From positions 27,009 to 91,008 of the forward strand of contig JACONH010000001.1 in assembly GCA_014323835.1 (NCBI GenBank): a stretch of DNA of 64,000 nt, read 5' to 3'. This stretch comes from Alphaproteobacteria bacterium GM202ARS2 (GTDB taxonomy: Bacteria; Pseudomonadota; Alphaproteobacteria; GM7ARS4). The translations under genes and the position numbers were made by a program. The notes beneath the pieces were generated by a model. That model ran no database searches, had not been told where the DNA came from, and saw nothing but the letters and a program-made list of their open reading frames with translations. Shown here one piece after another: positions 47,530-58,556 of the stretch (the stretch's first letter is position 1; each line of letters starts with the position of its first letter).

Positions 47530-48909
47530 TCAAAACAATTCGAATCGTGCGGAAAAAGACCGCTCGATATCTTTAATCCAGCGCGACGGCGAAAACAACG
47601 TGATGCGGTCTTTCGGCTGAATGATGCTATCGCTGTCCGGCATAATCAGCTCGCCGTCTCGTAGCAGGACGCCAACACGCACATCCGCGGGCAGATTAAG
47701 ATTCTGCAGGCTTTTGCCAACGATAGAGGATTTGGCTAAAGCTTCAAATTCGATGATTTCTCCTTCGGGGTCATTGATGGCGTAAACAGAAAGGATACGT
47801 CCGCGGCGAATGTGCTGAAGCACTTTCGATATGGTAATATCGCGAGGATCAACAAAGGTATCGATGCCGATGCGTGTGACCATGCCGCTGTAGACTCGGT
47901 TGCTGATAAGGGCACTGACATGCTCGCAGCCGTAGTGTTTGGCGAGGAGCGCTGCTAGAATGTTGTTTTCGTCTTCTTGTGTGACGGCGACCATGGCTTG
48001 ACAGCCTTTGATGTTGGCTTCTTGTAGGACTTGTGGGTCGAGGGCGTTACCGTGAATGATGATGGCATCCTCGAGTTTCTCGGAAAGCTTTTTGGCGCGT
48101 TCGGGGTTTTGCTCGATGATGCGGAGATTGACGTCATGGATGCTGTCTTTGATGAATCGTGCGAGAGCCAGCCCGATGTTGCCGCCGCCGACAATGACGA
48201 TTTGCCGTGTTTGGCTGGGATTGTAGTTCATCGCGAGCATCAGACGCTCGACCATTTGGCTCGGCAGAGCCAGATAGATTTCATCGTGCTCTTGCAGACG
48301 CAAAGATGGCTTGATAGACAACAGCTGTCCGTTGCGACTGGCACGGATAATTTCGAAGCGGACATCCTCGAAGATAGCCCGCCACATATCAGACGCATTG
48401 TTGACGAGGGGATTATCGCCATTCAAACGCAAACCAAGAATGGTCGCTTGACCGTCGGCGGTATTGAGCGAATCAAAAGCGTCAGGAGTCTTAAGACGGC
48501 GGAAAATGGCTCCTGCGACTTCGCGCTCAGGCGATATGACAACATCGATGGCTTGTTTGTTATGTTCGCTCATGACGTGGGTATAATCTTTGTCGATATA
48601 GTGTTGGTCGCTGATGCGGGCAATTTTCATCGGCACTTTGAAAAGGCTTTCCGCCATTTGGCAGGCGACAATATTGACTTCGTCATAGGGTGTCACAGCA
48701 ATGAGCATATCGGCGTCGTCGGCGTTGGCTTGCTCGAGAACATCGGGACGCGAGGAGGGCCCGCAGATGGCTTGTAGGTCGAGGGTTTTACTGAGTCGCT
48801 CGACTTTTTCGGGCGATTTATCGATGAGCACCACATCGTTGCCGTGGTGCGAAAGGTAATAGGCAATATTTTCTCCGACACTACCGCCGCCGCAAATGAT
48901 GACTTTCAT
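47530..48909 (-). CDS. trkA: Trk potassium uptake system NAD-binding protein TrkA
   Basis: [19 protein letters not shown] and a second Rossmann fold [16 protein letters not shown] give tandem RCK domains. Confidence 0.9.
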   Translation of the reverse strand: MKVIICGGGSVGENIAYYLSHHGNDVVLIDKSPEKVERLSKTLDLQAICGPSSRPDVLEQANADDADMLIAVTPYDEVNIVACQMAESLFKVPMKIARISDQHYIDKDYTHVMSEHNKQAIDVVISPEREVAGAIFRRLKTPDAFDSLNTADGQATILGLRLNGDNPLVNNASDMWRAIFEDVRFEIIRASRNGQLLSIKPSLRLQEHDEIYLALPSQMVERLMLAMNYNPSQTRQIVIVGGGNIGLALARFIKDSIHDVNLRIIEQNPERAKKLSEKLEDAIIIHGNALDPQVLQEANIKGCQAMVAVTQEDENNILAALLAKHYGCEHVSALISNRVYSGMVTRIGIDTFVDPRDITISKVLQHIRRGRILSVYAINDPEGEIIEFEALAKSSIVGKSLQNLNLPADVRVGVLLRDGELIMPDSDSIIQPKDRITLFSPSRWIKDIERSFSARFELF

Positions 48910-49895
48910 GGCATTTGCCCTTCCATAAAGAATTGCCGTATCATGGCTTGGACGGTGGGGGCATCCCACGTCTGATTGATTTTGGTGCGGAAAGCGGCAC
49001 TGTTGTCCATGCCGTGGCTATACCAAGCAAGGTGCTTGCGGGCAATAGCGACACCTGTGCGTGTGCCGTAATGACTCAACATAGACTCGAAGTGCTCTTG
49101 TGCCAGTTTGCCGATGTGCTGACGAGAAGGCTCCGCTTGTTTTTTGCCTTCGTGTAGATAGCGGTGCATGGCATCGATGAACCAAGGTCTGCCGTAGCAT
49201 CCTCGCCCAATCATAATGCCGTCAGCCTGTGAATGACGCAGGATTCTATCGCCATCTTCGAGAGTCTGGACATCGCCGTTGGCGATAAGAGGAATAGATA
49301 TGGCGTTTTTGACGTTGGCAATGAAAGCCCAGTCGGCTTTGCCTCGATACATTTGACAGCGGGTGCGGCCATGCACGGTAATCATTTGCACGCCGCAGTC
49401 TTGGGCAATGCGAGCAAGCCTCGGTGCGTTGCGACAGCTGTCGTCCCAGCCCGTACGCATTTTTAGGGTGACTGGCACATCGACGGCTTTGACGGTGGCT
49501 TCGATAATGCGTGCTGCTTTTTTTTCGTCTCGCATGAGGTGTGAGCCGGCGTAGCCGTTGGTGACTTTTTTGACGGGGCAGCCCATATTGATATCGATGA
49601 GTTTTGCGCCTCGTTCACAGACGATTTTTGCTGCTTGTGCCATTGTAGTGCTGTCGCATCCTGCCAGTTGCACGGCAAGGGGTGCTTCTTCTTGGCTGTG
49701 GTCGCTGCGCAAGAAGGACTTGCGCACCTGTCGGACGGTGGCTTCGCTGGCAATCATCTCTGTGAAGACGAGTCCTGCGCCGAAACGCCGCACCAGTCGG
49801 CGAAAAGGTCTATCGCTGACGCCCGACATTGGCGCCAGCAGAACATTCGATGCAACAGACAAAGAGCCAATGGTAAGGGGTGCCGTCATCGTCAT
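48906..49895 (-). CDS. dusB: tRNA-dihydrouridine synthase B
   Basis: ...[32 protein letters not shown]...[12 protein letters not shown] is the Dus family. Confidence 0.92.
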   Translation of the reverse strand: MTMTAPLTIGSLSVASNVLLAPMSGVSDRPFRRLVRRFGAGLVFTEMIASEATVRQVRKSFLRSDHSQEEAPLAVQLAGCDSTTMAQAAKIVCERGAKLIDINMGCPVKKVTNGYAGSHLMRDEKKAARIIEATVKAVDVPVTLKMRTGWDDSCRNAPRLARIAQDCGVQMITVHGRTRCQMYRGKADWAFIANVKNAISIPLIANGDVQTLEDGDRILRHSQADGIMIGRGCYGRPWFIDAMHRYLHEGKKQAEPSRQHIGKLAQEHFESMLSHYGTRTGVAIARKHLAWYSHGMDNSAAFRTKINQTWDAPTVQAMIRQFFMEGQMP

Positions 49896-51118
49896 CGTTG
49901 CCCCCTTTTGCGTGCCAGCATGCGCAGACGTAGGGCTTGTAGGCGGATGAATCCTTGTGCGTCTCGTTGGTCGTAAATATTATCGGCTTCAAAGGTCGCT
50001 AAATCGGGGTCATAGAGACTGTCGGGCGATGCCCGCCCTTCTAGGGTGACGTTGCCCTTGTAAAGAGAAAGACGCACTTTGCCGTTGACGTGGTGTTGGC
50101 TGGCATCGATGGCTGCTTGGAGCATGGTGCGCTCAGGAGAAAACCACAAGCCGTTATAGATAAGTTCGGCGTAGCGGGGCATCAGTTCATCTTTGAGGTG
50201 AGCAGCCCCTTTATCGAGGGTCAGGCTTTCTAGACCTCTTCGGGCAGCAAGAAGCAACGTGCCGCCTGGCGTTTCATAAACGCCGCGGGATTTCATGCCG
50301 ACAAAGCGGTTTTCCACCATATCGACTCGTCCAATGCCGTGCTTGCCCGCACGTTCGTTCAGAGTCGTAAGCAACGTTGCCGGCGTCATCGTTGTGCCAT
50401 CGATAGCCACAGGATCCCCTCGTTCAAAGGTGATTTCTAGGGTGTCAGGTTTGTCCGGGGCTTCTTGCGGGCTTTGAGTCATACGGAAGATGGAATTATC
50501 GGCATGCTGCCAAGGGTCTTCAAGAATTTTACCTTCGTAGGAAATATGCAGTAAATTGGCGTCCATAGAGTATGGCGGCGTGTCATCGCTTTCTTTGTCG
50601 ACGCTGATTTGGTGCTCTTGAGCATAACGCAGGAGGCTTTCTCGGCTGTTGAGCTGCCATTCTCGCCACGGCGCAATGACTCGTATGTCGGGGTTCAGGG
50701 CATAGTAGCCGAGTTCGAAGCGCACCTGGTCGTTGCCTTTGCCTGTCGCCCCATGCGAGACCGCATCCGCACCCGTTTCAGACGCAATTTCAATTTGACG
50801 TTTGGCTATAAGCGGACGAGCTATCGATGTGCCAAGCAAATAGACGCCCTCATAAAGCGCATTGGCACGAAACATAGGAAAAACATAGTCACGAACAAAC
50901 TCTTCGCGTAAATCTTCGATGAAAAGAGACGTGACACCCATCGCTTGAGCACGACTGCGAGCACGCTCGGTTTCTGCTCCTTGACCAATATCTGCCGTAA
51001 AGGTTACCACTTCGCAGTTATACGTGTGCTGTAACCAGTGCAGGATAATCGATGTATCCAAGCCGCCCGAATAGGCGAGAACCACCTTCTTTACGTCTTG
51101 CGTCTCAGGCATGGTCAT
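49892..51118 (-). CDS. argG: Argininosuccinate synthase
   Basis: [22 protein letters not shown]-loop; 408 aa. Confidence 0.95.
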   Translation of the reverse strand: MTMPETQDVKKVVLAYSGGLDTSIILHWLQHTYNCEVVTFTADIGQGAETERARSRAQAMGVTSLFIEDLREEFVRDYVFPMFRANALYEGVYLLGTSIARPLIAKRQIEIASETGADAVSHGATGKGNDQVRFELGYYALNPDIRVIAPWREWQLNSRESLLRYAQEHQISVDKESDDTPPYSMDANLLHISYEGKILEDPWQHADNSIFRMTQSPQEAPDKPDTLEITFERGDPVAIDGTTMTPATLLTTLNERAGKHGIGRVDMVENRFVGMKSRGVYETPGGTLLLAARRGLESLTLDKGAAHLKDELMPRYAELIYNGLWFSPERTMLQAAIDASQHHVNGKVRLSLYKGNVTLEGRASPDSLYDPDLATFEADNIYDQRDAQGFIRLQALRLRMLARKRGQR

Positions 51119-51121
51119 GAC

Positions 51122-51649
51122 TCAGAAGGGGCATGCCTCGAGAGCACTGCGCCACGCCGATGAAAATCCTTTGAGGGAAAACTCATCGATGGTGGTGGTG
51201 TCTCGCCAGGACAGAGCTTCGACGGTGGCTTTGAGACCCGAGCGAAAGCCTTGAATGATGCGTCTATCCTGCTTTCTATCGAGGGACCAGGCGACTTCGC
51301 CTTGCGTGAAGCCCAGCTCATATGTTGCTTCATCGATGGTGAGGCTTGCACCTGTGGCTTTTTTATAGCGGTAGCCCGCTGTGTAGCTGACTTCGCCGTT
51401 AGGGGCAGCCCTCGACGCACTGACAATCAAAAATACCGCACCGCGGCGCGTGTAGTTGCCTTCTGACGTCAGAGGCTGAGAGGACACAAAACAGACTTGC
51501 TTGCGTCCTTCTCCGTCCGTCCAAGCGTTCCAATCATCGTAAGTGCCAATGTGACGAGTCGCCGCCTGAGCGGACGCACACGGCAAAAACAAAACGAACA
51601 ACAGAACAAGCGCGCCCCAACAAAAAAATCGTACCCGTAAACACGTCAT
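51122..51649 (-). CDS. ialB: Invasion-associated locus B (IalB) family periplasmic protein
   Basis: Signal peptide MTCLRVRFFCWGALVLLFVLFLPCASAQA. ...DDWNAWTDGEGRKQVCFVSSQP...RGAVFLIVSASR...EFSLKGFSSAWRSALEAC matches the IalB pattern (DW.A.C..., RGAVF..V, ...SL.GF..A..A....C). Confidence 0.7.
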   Translation of the reverse strand: MTCLRVRFFCWGALVLLFVLFLPCASAQAATRHIGTYDDWNAWTDGEGRKQVCFVSSQPLTSEGNYTRRGAVFLIVSASRAAPNGEVSYTAGYRYKKATGASLTIDEATYELGFTQGEVAWSLDRKQDRRIIQGFRSGLKATVEALSWRDTTTIDEFSLKGFSSAWRSALEACPF

Positions 51650-51782
51650 CTTTGCGAAACCCATAACAACATAATAGGGTCTGTTTACCACAGCCTGTCA
51701 TAAAAAAAAAGCCCGCAGAAAAGATAGCGACTCGTCTGTCGGACGGTTTTTTCTATTTCAAGCATGTTATTCTCTTTTATCT

Positions 51783-52286
51783 ATGCTACACAAAGGTATG
51801 ACTCCGTTTCGTCTTGTTTTTATCTGCACGGGCAATATATGTCGTTCGCCGACGGCTGAAGCCGTCATGCGTGCTCTTGTCCACAAAGATGGCTTGTCTG
51901 ACCGCTATCCCGTGGACTCTGCTGGCACCAGTGACTTTCATGATGGCGAAGGCATCGACCCACGTGCTGCTCAAATTGCCCAAGCCCATGGTTATGACAC
52001 AACGGGTATCCGCGCCCGTGCCGTGCGGGCAGACGACTTTCTCGCAACAGGCATCATGTTCGCCATGACTCGAGAGCACTTACGCTTCCTAGAAGCGATG
52101 GCACAAACCATCGACGCACAAAAAAGACGCTGTCGTCTTGCTTTGTTTGCCGAAGGTTTGCCAGAACCCTACCCTTTAGATGTCCCTGACCCTTACTATG
52201 GTGGGCAAAAAGGATTCGAAGACGTCCTAACCATGATTGAAGCAGGCTGCCAGCACCATTGGCAGACCATAAAAGACCATGCGTAA
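51783..52286 (+). CDS. Low-molecular-weight protein-tyrosine phosphatase
   Basis: FRLVFICTGNICRSPTAEAVMR carries the CX5R(S/T) P-loop. ...DPYYGG... Confidence 0.9.
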   Translation: MLHKGMTPFRLVFICTGNICRSPTAEAVMRALVHKDGLSDRYPVDSAGTSDFHDGEGIDPRAAQIAQAHGYDTTGIRARAVRADDFLATGIMFAMTREHLRFLEAMAQTIDAQKRRCRLALFAEGLPEPYPLDVPDPYYGGQKGFEDVLTMIEAGCQHHWQTIKDHA

Positions 52287-53052
52287 TCGCCGCAGCTTTT
52301 ATACGTTATGTACGAAAGAGGTGTTTCGTTTTTTGAATGTGCCCTTGCAGACGGTGTGGGCGCCGCTTATGACATCGGTTTTGTTTTTGTCGGTGTTTAC
52401 GTTGGCTTTACGGCGGGCGGATTTAACTATAGAGACCATTCCCTTTGCTGCGTTCCTCGCTTGTGGCTTGTTGTCCATGAGTATCATGCAGAACGCCTTT
52501 GCTAATAGCTCTTCATCTATCATGCACAGCAAAGTCTTAGGCGGACTCAGCGATGTTCTTATGGCGCCCCTGAGCCCCTATGAAATCGCTACCGCATGGA
52601 TTTTCGGCGGAGTCGCACGAGGACTCTTTGTCGGTATCATCAATTCTGTGGTGCTCGTGCCCGTCATTGCTTTTTATTATGATCTGACCGTCAACGTGTG
52701 GGTGTTGGCCTATTATGCCGTCATGGCCAGTATCATGATGGCTAATTTTGGACTCATTGCTGGCTTGTATGCACAAAAATTCGATCAAATGGCGTCCATA
52801 AGCACTTTTGTTATCATGCCGGCAACGTTTCTTTCTGGGACATTCTATTCGGTGCGTGATTTACCTGCGTCCTTCCGTTTGTTCGTAGACGCCAACCCCC
52901 TGCACTATGCTATCGATGGCATCCGTTATGGCTTGATAGGCTACCATGACAGCAATCTTGTTATTGGTGCGTCGGTCATTGGCATCAGCGCACTGAGTGC
53001 GACTGTTCTTGCTTTTATTCTTGTGGTGCGGGGCTGGCGCATTATCCCGTAA
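52279..53052 (+). CDS. ABC-2 family transporter permease with six TM helices. No ATPase partner is adjacent.
   Basis: 257 aa with an ABC-2/NodJ-KpsM-like hydropathy pattern. It overlaps the phosphatase gene by 8 nt. Confidence 0.7.
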   Translation: MRNRRSFYTLCTKEVFRFLNVPLQTVWAPLMTSVLFLSVFTLALRRADLTIETIPFAAFLACGLLSMSIMQNAFANSSSSIMHSKVLGGLSDVLMAPLSPYEIATAWIFGGVARGLFVGIINSVVLVPVIAFYYDLTVNVWVLAYYAVMASIMMANFGLIAGLYAQKFDQMASISTFVIMPATFLSGTFYSVRDLPASFRLFVDANPLHYAIDGIRYGLIGYHDSNLVIGASVIGISALSATVLAFILVVRGWRIIP

Positions 53053-53054
53053 AA

Positions 53055-53324
53055 TTACAGTGTGGGCTTTTGCTGGAACGGCGTGTGGGCATCACTGTCG
53101 TCATAAGAGTCTTGTTCTATATCTGTGACCCGTGCGAGAGGCGGCCCCTTGCGTGCCCATTGGCACATTTTTTCGATAGTCGCGGTATCGCCGCCGAAGA
53201 CAGCTTCTAGAGAGCCATCGGAGCGATTACGCACCCAGCCTGTTGCATTTTCTTGTTGGGCTTTGCGCGTCAGCCAATCTCGAAACCAGACTCCTTGTAC
53301 TTTGCCGCGCACAATGACCCGCAT
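53055..53324 (-). CDS. acyP: Acylphosphatase
   Basis: MRVIVRGKVQGVWFRDWLTRKAQQENATGWVRNRSDGSLEAVFGG is the acylphosphatase signature. 90 aa from the chosen start. Confidence 0.85.
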   Translation of the reverse strand: MRVIVRGKVQGVWFRDWLTRKAQQENATGWVRNRSDGSLEAVFGGDTATIEKMCQWARKGPPLARVTDIEQDSYDDSDAHTPFQQKPTL

Positions 53325-53334
53325 AGCGGTTGTT

Positions 53335-55356
53335 TTACTTTTTGCTGTCATCTTTGAAACGCAGAATCGACTGATCCACGTCAAGCGAGTCGCCTACTTT
53401 GGCTTCAATCACATCGATGATGGCGTCCTTTGAGGCATGCAGGACATTCTCCATTTTCATGGCTTCAATCACCGCCAGAGCCTGTCCGGCGTGCACCTTG
53501 TCGCCTTCTTTGACTGACAAAGATACGAGTAAACCGGGCATCGGCGCCAACAGGAAGTTCGACAAGTCCTCCTGTTGCTTTATGGGCATGTAATCATACA
53601 GCTCCGCCGTGTCCGGTGACACAACATGGGCATACAAAGCAAAGCCAGAAGCATGCACCACAAACTGATTGTCGTTCAAACGGACAACATGAAAGGCGTG
53701 CTCTTGGTCATTCACCACACAACGGAGCCTATGGTCTATCGGCGACCATGTTCCGCTTAAGCGATACGTCTGCTTGTTGTCGTGGCGATAAATCGCTAGC
53801 GTATCGTTGTCCTCTTTGATTGTGACCTTTGTTTTCTTTTTTTCGGACAGGACAATCCAGTTTTTTGGCGTGTTGCGGTGGTGTCCGGGCATTTGCCCTT
53901 CGATGCTGGTTTCGAGGCGGGCGACCTGATAGCGTAAAAAGGCGACAGCAGCGATGAAAGCACCTTCGTGGGCTTTATCGGGCGGCGGCGGGCTATAGCC
54001 TTCGGCAAAGTTATCATCGATATAGTGCGTCGTCGCTTGCCCTTGCGTAAATATGGGGTCACGCAGAATACGAGACAAAAAATCAATGTTATGGGCGACT
54101 CCCTCAATGGTATATTGATTGAGGGCTAGACGCATTTTGTCAATAGCTTCCCCGCGGTTGGGTGCATAACTACATAGTTTGGCAATCATCGGGTCATAGA
54201 ACATGCTAATGGTGCTTCCGGCTTCGATTCCGCTATCGATGCGCACAGCATGGTCATCCGTTGCGTAGACATCGGGTTGTTGGTAACGACTCAAGCGACC
54301 AATAGAGGGCAAAAAGCCCCGTTTTGAGTCTTCGGCATAAATACGACACTCGATGGCAGACCCTTTTATGGTGATGGCGTTCTGTTGGATACGCAGTTTT
54401 TCCCCTGAGGCGATACGCAGCATCTCTTCGACGAGATCAATGCCGGTCGTTAGTTCGCTCACTGGGTGTTCTACTTGTAGGCGCGTATTCATCTCTAGGA
54501 AGTAGAATTTTTTGTCATCGCCCACGACAAATTCGACGGTGCCTGCGGAGGCATAATTGACGGCACGAGCGAGGGCGACGGCTTGTTCGCCCATATTTTT
54601 ACGCATGGCGGCATCAACAAAGGGACTGGGTGCTTCTTCTATGACTTTTTGGTGTCGTCTTTGTATCGAGCACTCTCTTTCGCCAACATAGATGGCGTTG
54701 CCGTGTTGGTCGGCAAGCAACTGAATTTCGATGTGGCGTGGGTTGGTGATAAATTTCTCGATGAAGATGCGGTCGTCGCCGAAGCTGTTGCGTGCTTCAT
54801 TTTTTGCTCGTGTCATGCTGTCTTTGAGGTCTTCTTGTTTATGGACGAGTCGCATGCCTTTTCCGCCGCCGCCAGCGGAGGCTTTAACCATGACGGGATA
54901 GCCGATATCTTTTGCGATACTCAGGGCATGATTATAGTCTTTGACGACTCCGTCATAGCCGGGAATGGTATTGACTCCAGCCTTTTTGGCGAGCTGTTTC
55001 GAGCGTATTTTATCGCCCATAGCAGCAATGGCTTCGGGGGGAGGCCCAATAAAAACCAGCCCGGCTTTGTGGACCGCTCGAGCAAAGTCGGCATTCTCCG
55101 ACAGAAAGCCATAGCCGGGATGGACACCTTGCGCGCCGCTACGCTTCATAACATCGATAATCACGTCACCTCGTAAATAGCTGTCTTTCGGTAACGAGCC
55201 ACCAATAGCAAAAGCCTCGTCAGCCATCCGCACGTGCGGGGCATCGGCGTCCACATCGCTGTGGACGGCAACCGTCTTAATGCCCATTCTTTTGGCGGTG
55301 CGCATCACGCGACAGGCGATTTCTCCTCGGTGGGCAATCAAAATTTTCTTAAACAT
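53335..55356 (-). CDS. pccA: Acetyl/propionyl-CoA carboxylase alpha subunit (biotin carboxylase plus biotin carboxyl carrier)
   Basis: MFKKILIAHRGEIACRV... ATP-grasp biotin carboxylase domain with a C-terminal biotinyl motif EAMKMEN. The gene is upstream of the carboxyltransferase. Confidence 0.92.
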   Translation of the reverse strand: MFKKILIAHRGEIACRVMRTAKRMGIKTVAVHSDVDADAPHVRMADEAFAIGGSLPKDSYLRGDVIIDVMKRSGAQGVHPGYGFLSENADFARAVHKAGLVFIGPPPEAIAAMGDKIRSKQLAKKAGVNTIPGYDGVVKDYNHALSIAKDIGYPVMVKASAGGGGKGMRLVHKQEDLKDSMTRAKNEARNSFGDDRIFIEKFITNPRHIEIQLLADQHGNAIYVGERECSIQRRHQKVIEEAPSPFVDAAMRKNMGEQAVALARAVNYASAGTVEFVVGDDKKFYFLEMNTRLQVEHPVSELTTGIDLVEEMLRIASGEKLRIQQNAITIKGSAIECRIYAEDSKRGFLPSIGRLSRYQQPDVYATDDHAVRIDSGIEAGSTISMFYDPMIAKLCSYAPNRGEAIDKMRLALNQYTIEGVAHNIDFLSRILRDPIFTQGQATTHYIDDNFAEGYSPPPPDKAHEGAFIAAVAFLRYQVARLETSIEGQMPGHHRNTPKNWIVLSEKKKTKVTIKEDNDTLAIYRHDNKQTYRLSGTWSPIDHRLRCVVNDQEHAFHVVRLNDNQFVVHASGFALYAHVVSPDTAELYDYMPIKQQEDLSNFLLAPMPGLLVSLSVKEGDKVHAGQALAVIEAMKMENVLHASKDAIIDVIEAKVGDSLDVDQSILRFKDDSKK

Positions 55357-55370
55357 CAACTTAGGGCGAT

Positions 55371-56903
55371 TTAGAGCGGAATGTTGTCGTGCTTTTTCCA
55401 CGGGTTGGTCAGTTTTTTATCCCGTAGCATGACCAATGAGCGACATAAACGCTTGCGGGTTGCGTGCGGCATAATGACATCATCGATAAAGCCGCGGTGT
55501 CCAGCGATGAACGGATTAGCGAATCGCTGGCGATACTCTTCGGTGCGTTGTTCCAGCAGTTGCGGGTCGTGAGCATCTTTGCGGAAAATGATTTCGACCG
55601 CCCCTTTGGGGCCCATGACGGCAATCTCGGCGCTGGGCCAGGCAAAGTTGACATCGCCCCGCAAGTGCTTTGAACTCATGACGTCATAGGCACCCCCATA
55701 GGCTTTGCGGGTAATGACGGTGACTTTCGGCACTGTGGCTTCGCAGTAAGCAAAAAGCAGCTTGGCACCGTGTTTAATAATACCACCATACTCCTGTTGC
55801 GTGCCGGGTAGAAAACCCGGCACATCGACAAACGTCAAAATGGGAATGTTGAAGCAATCACAGAAACGCACGAAACGAGACGCTTTGCGAGACGAATCGA
55901 TATCCAAGCACCCCGCTAAAACCATGGGTTGATTGGCGACAATGCCGACAGGCATACCCTCCATGCGCGCAAAGCCAATGATAATGTTGCGAGCAAAACT
56001 CGGCTGAATCTCGAAGAAGTCATCGTCATCGATGACTTTGTGAATCAGTTCGTTCATATCATAGGGTTTTTGAGGATCATCAGGAATGAGATTGTCTAAG
56101 GACATATCTGCCCTATCGGGGTCGTCGTGGCTGGCCCGCCTCGGCGGTGCGTGGCGGTTGCTCGTGGGCAGAAAATCCATCAACCTGCGTGTATGTAACA
56201 AGGCATCGATATCATTATCAAAGGCAAGATCGGCAACGCTAGAACGGCTGGTATGAGTCTTTGCACCGCCCAATTCTTCGTGAGTCACCTTTTCATGGGT
56301 CACTGTACGCACCACATCAGGGCCGGTTACAAACATATAAGAAGTATCTTTGACCATCAGGATAAAGTCGGTCATGGCTGGTGAATAGACTGCCCCGCCG
56401 GCACAGGGCCCCATAATCAGGGATATTTGTGGCACGACCCCTGAGGCAAGCACATTGCGTTGAAAGACTTCGGCATAACCCGCGAGAGAAGCAATCCCCT
56501 CCTGAATACGTGCGCCGCCCGAGTCGTTGATGCCAATGACCGGTGCACCAACCGAAATGGCTTTGTCCATAATCTTACTGATTTTTTCCGCATGCGACTC
56601 CGAGAGCGATCCACCAAATACCGTGAAATCTTGGCTGAACACGAACACGAGTCGCCCGTTAATCGTGCCATAGCCCGTAACAACCCCATCGCCAGGCACT
56701 TTTTGTTTGTCCATGCCGAAGTCTCGACAACGATGCTCAACGTACGTGTCCCATTCCTCAAAAGAACCCTCATCGAGAAGAACTGCTAGACGCTCTCTTG
56801 CCGTCAGCTTGCCCTTTTGGTGTTGCGTATCGATGCGTTGTTTGCCGCCGCCCATGTGGGCACGCTCACGCATCTTTTTCAGTTGTTCCAAAATCTCTTG
56901 CAT
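55371..56903 (-). CDS. pccB: Propionyl-CoA carboxylase beta subunit (carboxyltransferase)
   Basis: [39 protein letters not shown] is a canonical PccB / methylmalonyl-CoA carboxyltransferase 12S N-terminus. The start is chosen by homology. The track ORF starts 16 codons upstream. Confidence 0.92.
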   Translation of the reverse strand: MQEILEQLKKMRERAHMGGGKQRIDTQHQKGKLTARERLAVLLDEGSFEEWDTYVEHRCRDFGMDKQKVPGDGVVTGYGTINGRLVFVFSQDFTVFGGSLSESHAEKISKIMDKAISVGAPVIGINDSGGARIQEGIASLAGYAEVFQRNVLASGVVPQISLIMGPCAGGAVYSPAMTDFILMVKDTSYMFVTGPDVVRTVTHEKVTHEELGGAKTHTSRSSVADLAFDNDIDALLHTRRLMDFLPTSNRHAPPRRASHDDPDRADMSLDNLIPDDPQKPYDMNELIHKVIDDDDFFEIQPSFARNIIIGFARMEGMPVGIVANQPMVLAGCLDIDSSRKASRFVRFCDCFNIPILTFVDVPGFLPGTQQEYGGIIKHGAKLLFAYCEATVPKVTVITRKAYGGAYDVMSSKHLRGDVNFAWPSAEIAVMGPKGAVEIIFRKDAHDPQLLEQRTEEYRQRFANPFIAGHRGFIDDVIMPHATRKRLCRSLVMLRDKKLTNPWKKHDNIPL

Positions 56904-56925
56904 AATCGTTATCTCACTCGTTGTT

Positions 56926-57591
56926 TTACTGGGGGCGACACAAACGGACAAAATCGAAGAGAATCCGCCATTGCTGTTTTAATGCGCTCAGGCGTGCCTC
57001 GAGCTCGGCATCAGCCCCCCACGTCTCCAGCTGGTGGCATTCTTCCAAAGTGGCTGCGTCATAAAAGCTATCTAGGGTCATGGTCGTCTCCATAAGGCAC
57101 AAAGGTAAAACAAGAGAGCCGCTACTTGTTGTCATATCATATAAAGCGGTTAAGAGATAATTATCATAACGGTCGATGAAAGTGTGCATGCTTATGACAT
57201 CCCGTTGTGAAGCAACGACTCCCATCATAGAGGAAGAACCATTTATATTCAATTGTAGATTGATTGTATATTGCTTACCAAACCAGAGGAAAGGCTTGTG
57301 CCATGCTTTTTGTTGTTTCTGCCCTAAGGGTGTGTCGAGCGAGTCGCGGTAGCAGATTCGCTCAAAGGAGAGGTGCCCGCTGATTGTTGTGATGATGTCG
57401 GTGCGTTGCTGGGTGCTTGTGTTGTGGGCTCGATGGGCTAACAGGAACAAAGGCATTTTCGAAAGGCGGTCTTTTGGCGGCAGAGTAGCCAGCTTTTGTT
57501 CCTCTTGCTGGAGGGCATCGGCAAGAGCCTGAGTTGCCACAGGCATCGGCCCATGATTGCCAACATGAACAACAATATTCATCGAGAACAA
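56926..57591 (-). CDS. Hypothetical protein, possibly the remnant or C-terminal half of a metallophosphoesterase
   Basis: It begins [15 protein letters not shown] (GNH motif III-like) and later has LSGHLSFER (GHxH-like). Motifs I/II have no room upstream because the rluC coding sequence abuts. Confidence 0.35.
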   Translation of the reverse strand: MFSMNIVVHVGNHGPMPVATQALADALQQEEQKLATLPPKDRLSKMPLFLLAHRAHNTSTQQRTDIITTISGHLSFERICYRDSLDTPLGQKQQKAWHKPFLWFGKQYTINLQLNINGSSSMMGVVASQRDVISMHTFIDRYDNYLLTALYDMTTSSGSLVLPLCLMETTMTLDSFYDAATLEECHQLETWGADAELEARLSALKQQWRILFDFVRLCRPQ

Positions 57592-58556
57592 AGAGCAAGG
57601 TTGGCAAAATGACCTTCAGCCTGCTCGTCAAGGGCCACGTATGCCTCAGGTTGACACCAACCCATCATATGAGCAGGAGGCTCAGCCCGCAACGTCATGA
57701 TATCACCTGACACGGGGTGGTGCAGAGTCATGCTACGGGCATGCAGATGTAGGTGTTTGTGGGGCGTGTGCCATAGGCGGCGATGCTTCGAGCGGGATAC
57801 GCCTTCAAACAGGCGCGTCTCGCCTAAAATAGGATGACCAAGAACCGCACAATGACGGCGCAACTGATGCTTACGGCCCGATACAGGACGCAAAGCCATC
57901 AGTGATACGTCATCACATACCTTGAGCGTCACGTAAGACGTTGTGGCTTGCTTGACTTTGTTTTTGTCATCAAGAGGCTTATCGATGATTCCTTGTGGCG
58001 GCATGAACGCACCATGGCAGAGTGCCCAATACGTTTTGATAATGTTGCGGTTACGCAACTGCTGTGCCAAATGCGCGGCGACAGATGCGTTGCGAGCAAG
58101 CAGTAACACACCAGACGTTCCTTGATCGAGACGATGAACAAGGCGCGGCACCTCGCCGCCGTCGGCAAAAATCCACGCGTAGGCATCCAAGTGACGGGTA
58201 ACTTTGCTCCCGCCTTGTGTTGCTAAGCCACAAGGCTTGTTTAAGGCGATTATCGCCTCGTCTTGGTGAATCACCGCATCGTGCAGCTGTTTTTTGAGTC
58301 CTGAGGACATAGAGAGCCGAGAACGTGGCTTGGCAGAAACATCAGGAGAAAAGACAGGCATACTGATACGCTGTCCGCTTTTCAGACGTATACTCCCTTG
58401 GGTTTTCGTCCCATCGAGACGCACAAGGGCACGGCGACATAAATTGGCAAAATGGCTGTAGGGCACATCACGGAAATGACGGCGGAACCAGCGGTCGAGA
58501 CGTAAGCCCTCTTCGCTGGTTGTCACCAGATGGTGCTGCATGGTGTCAGTTTTCAT
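57579..58556 (-). CDS. rluC: 23S rRNA pseudouridine synthase (RluA family, RluC/RluD-like) with an S4 domain
   Basis: S4: RLDRWFRRHFRDVPYSHFANLCRRALVRLDG. Catalytic HRLDQGTSGVLLLARN. Confidence 0.88.
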   Translation of the reverse strand: MKTDTMQHHLVTTSEEGLRLDRWFRRHFRDVPYSHFANLCRRALVRLDGTKTQGSIRLKSGQRISMPVFSPDVSAKPRSRLSMSSGLKKQLHDAVIHQDEAIIALNKPCGLATQGGSKVTRHLDAYAWIFADGGEVPRLVHRLDQGTSGVLLLARNASVAAHLAQQLRNRNIIKTYWALCHGAFMPPQGIIDKPLDDKNKVKQATTSYVTLKVCDDVSLMALRPVSGRKHQLRRHCAVLGHPILGETRLFEGVSRSKHRRLWHTPHKHLHLHARSMTLHHPVSGDIMTLRAEPPAHMMGWCQPEAYVALDEQAEGHFANLALCSR

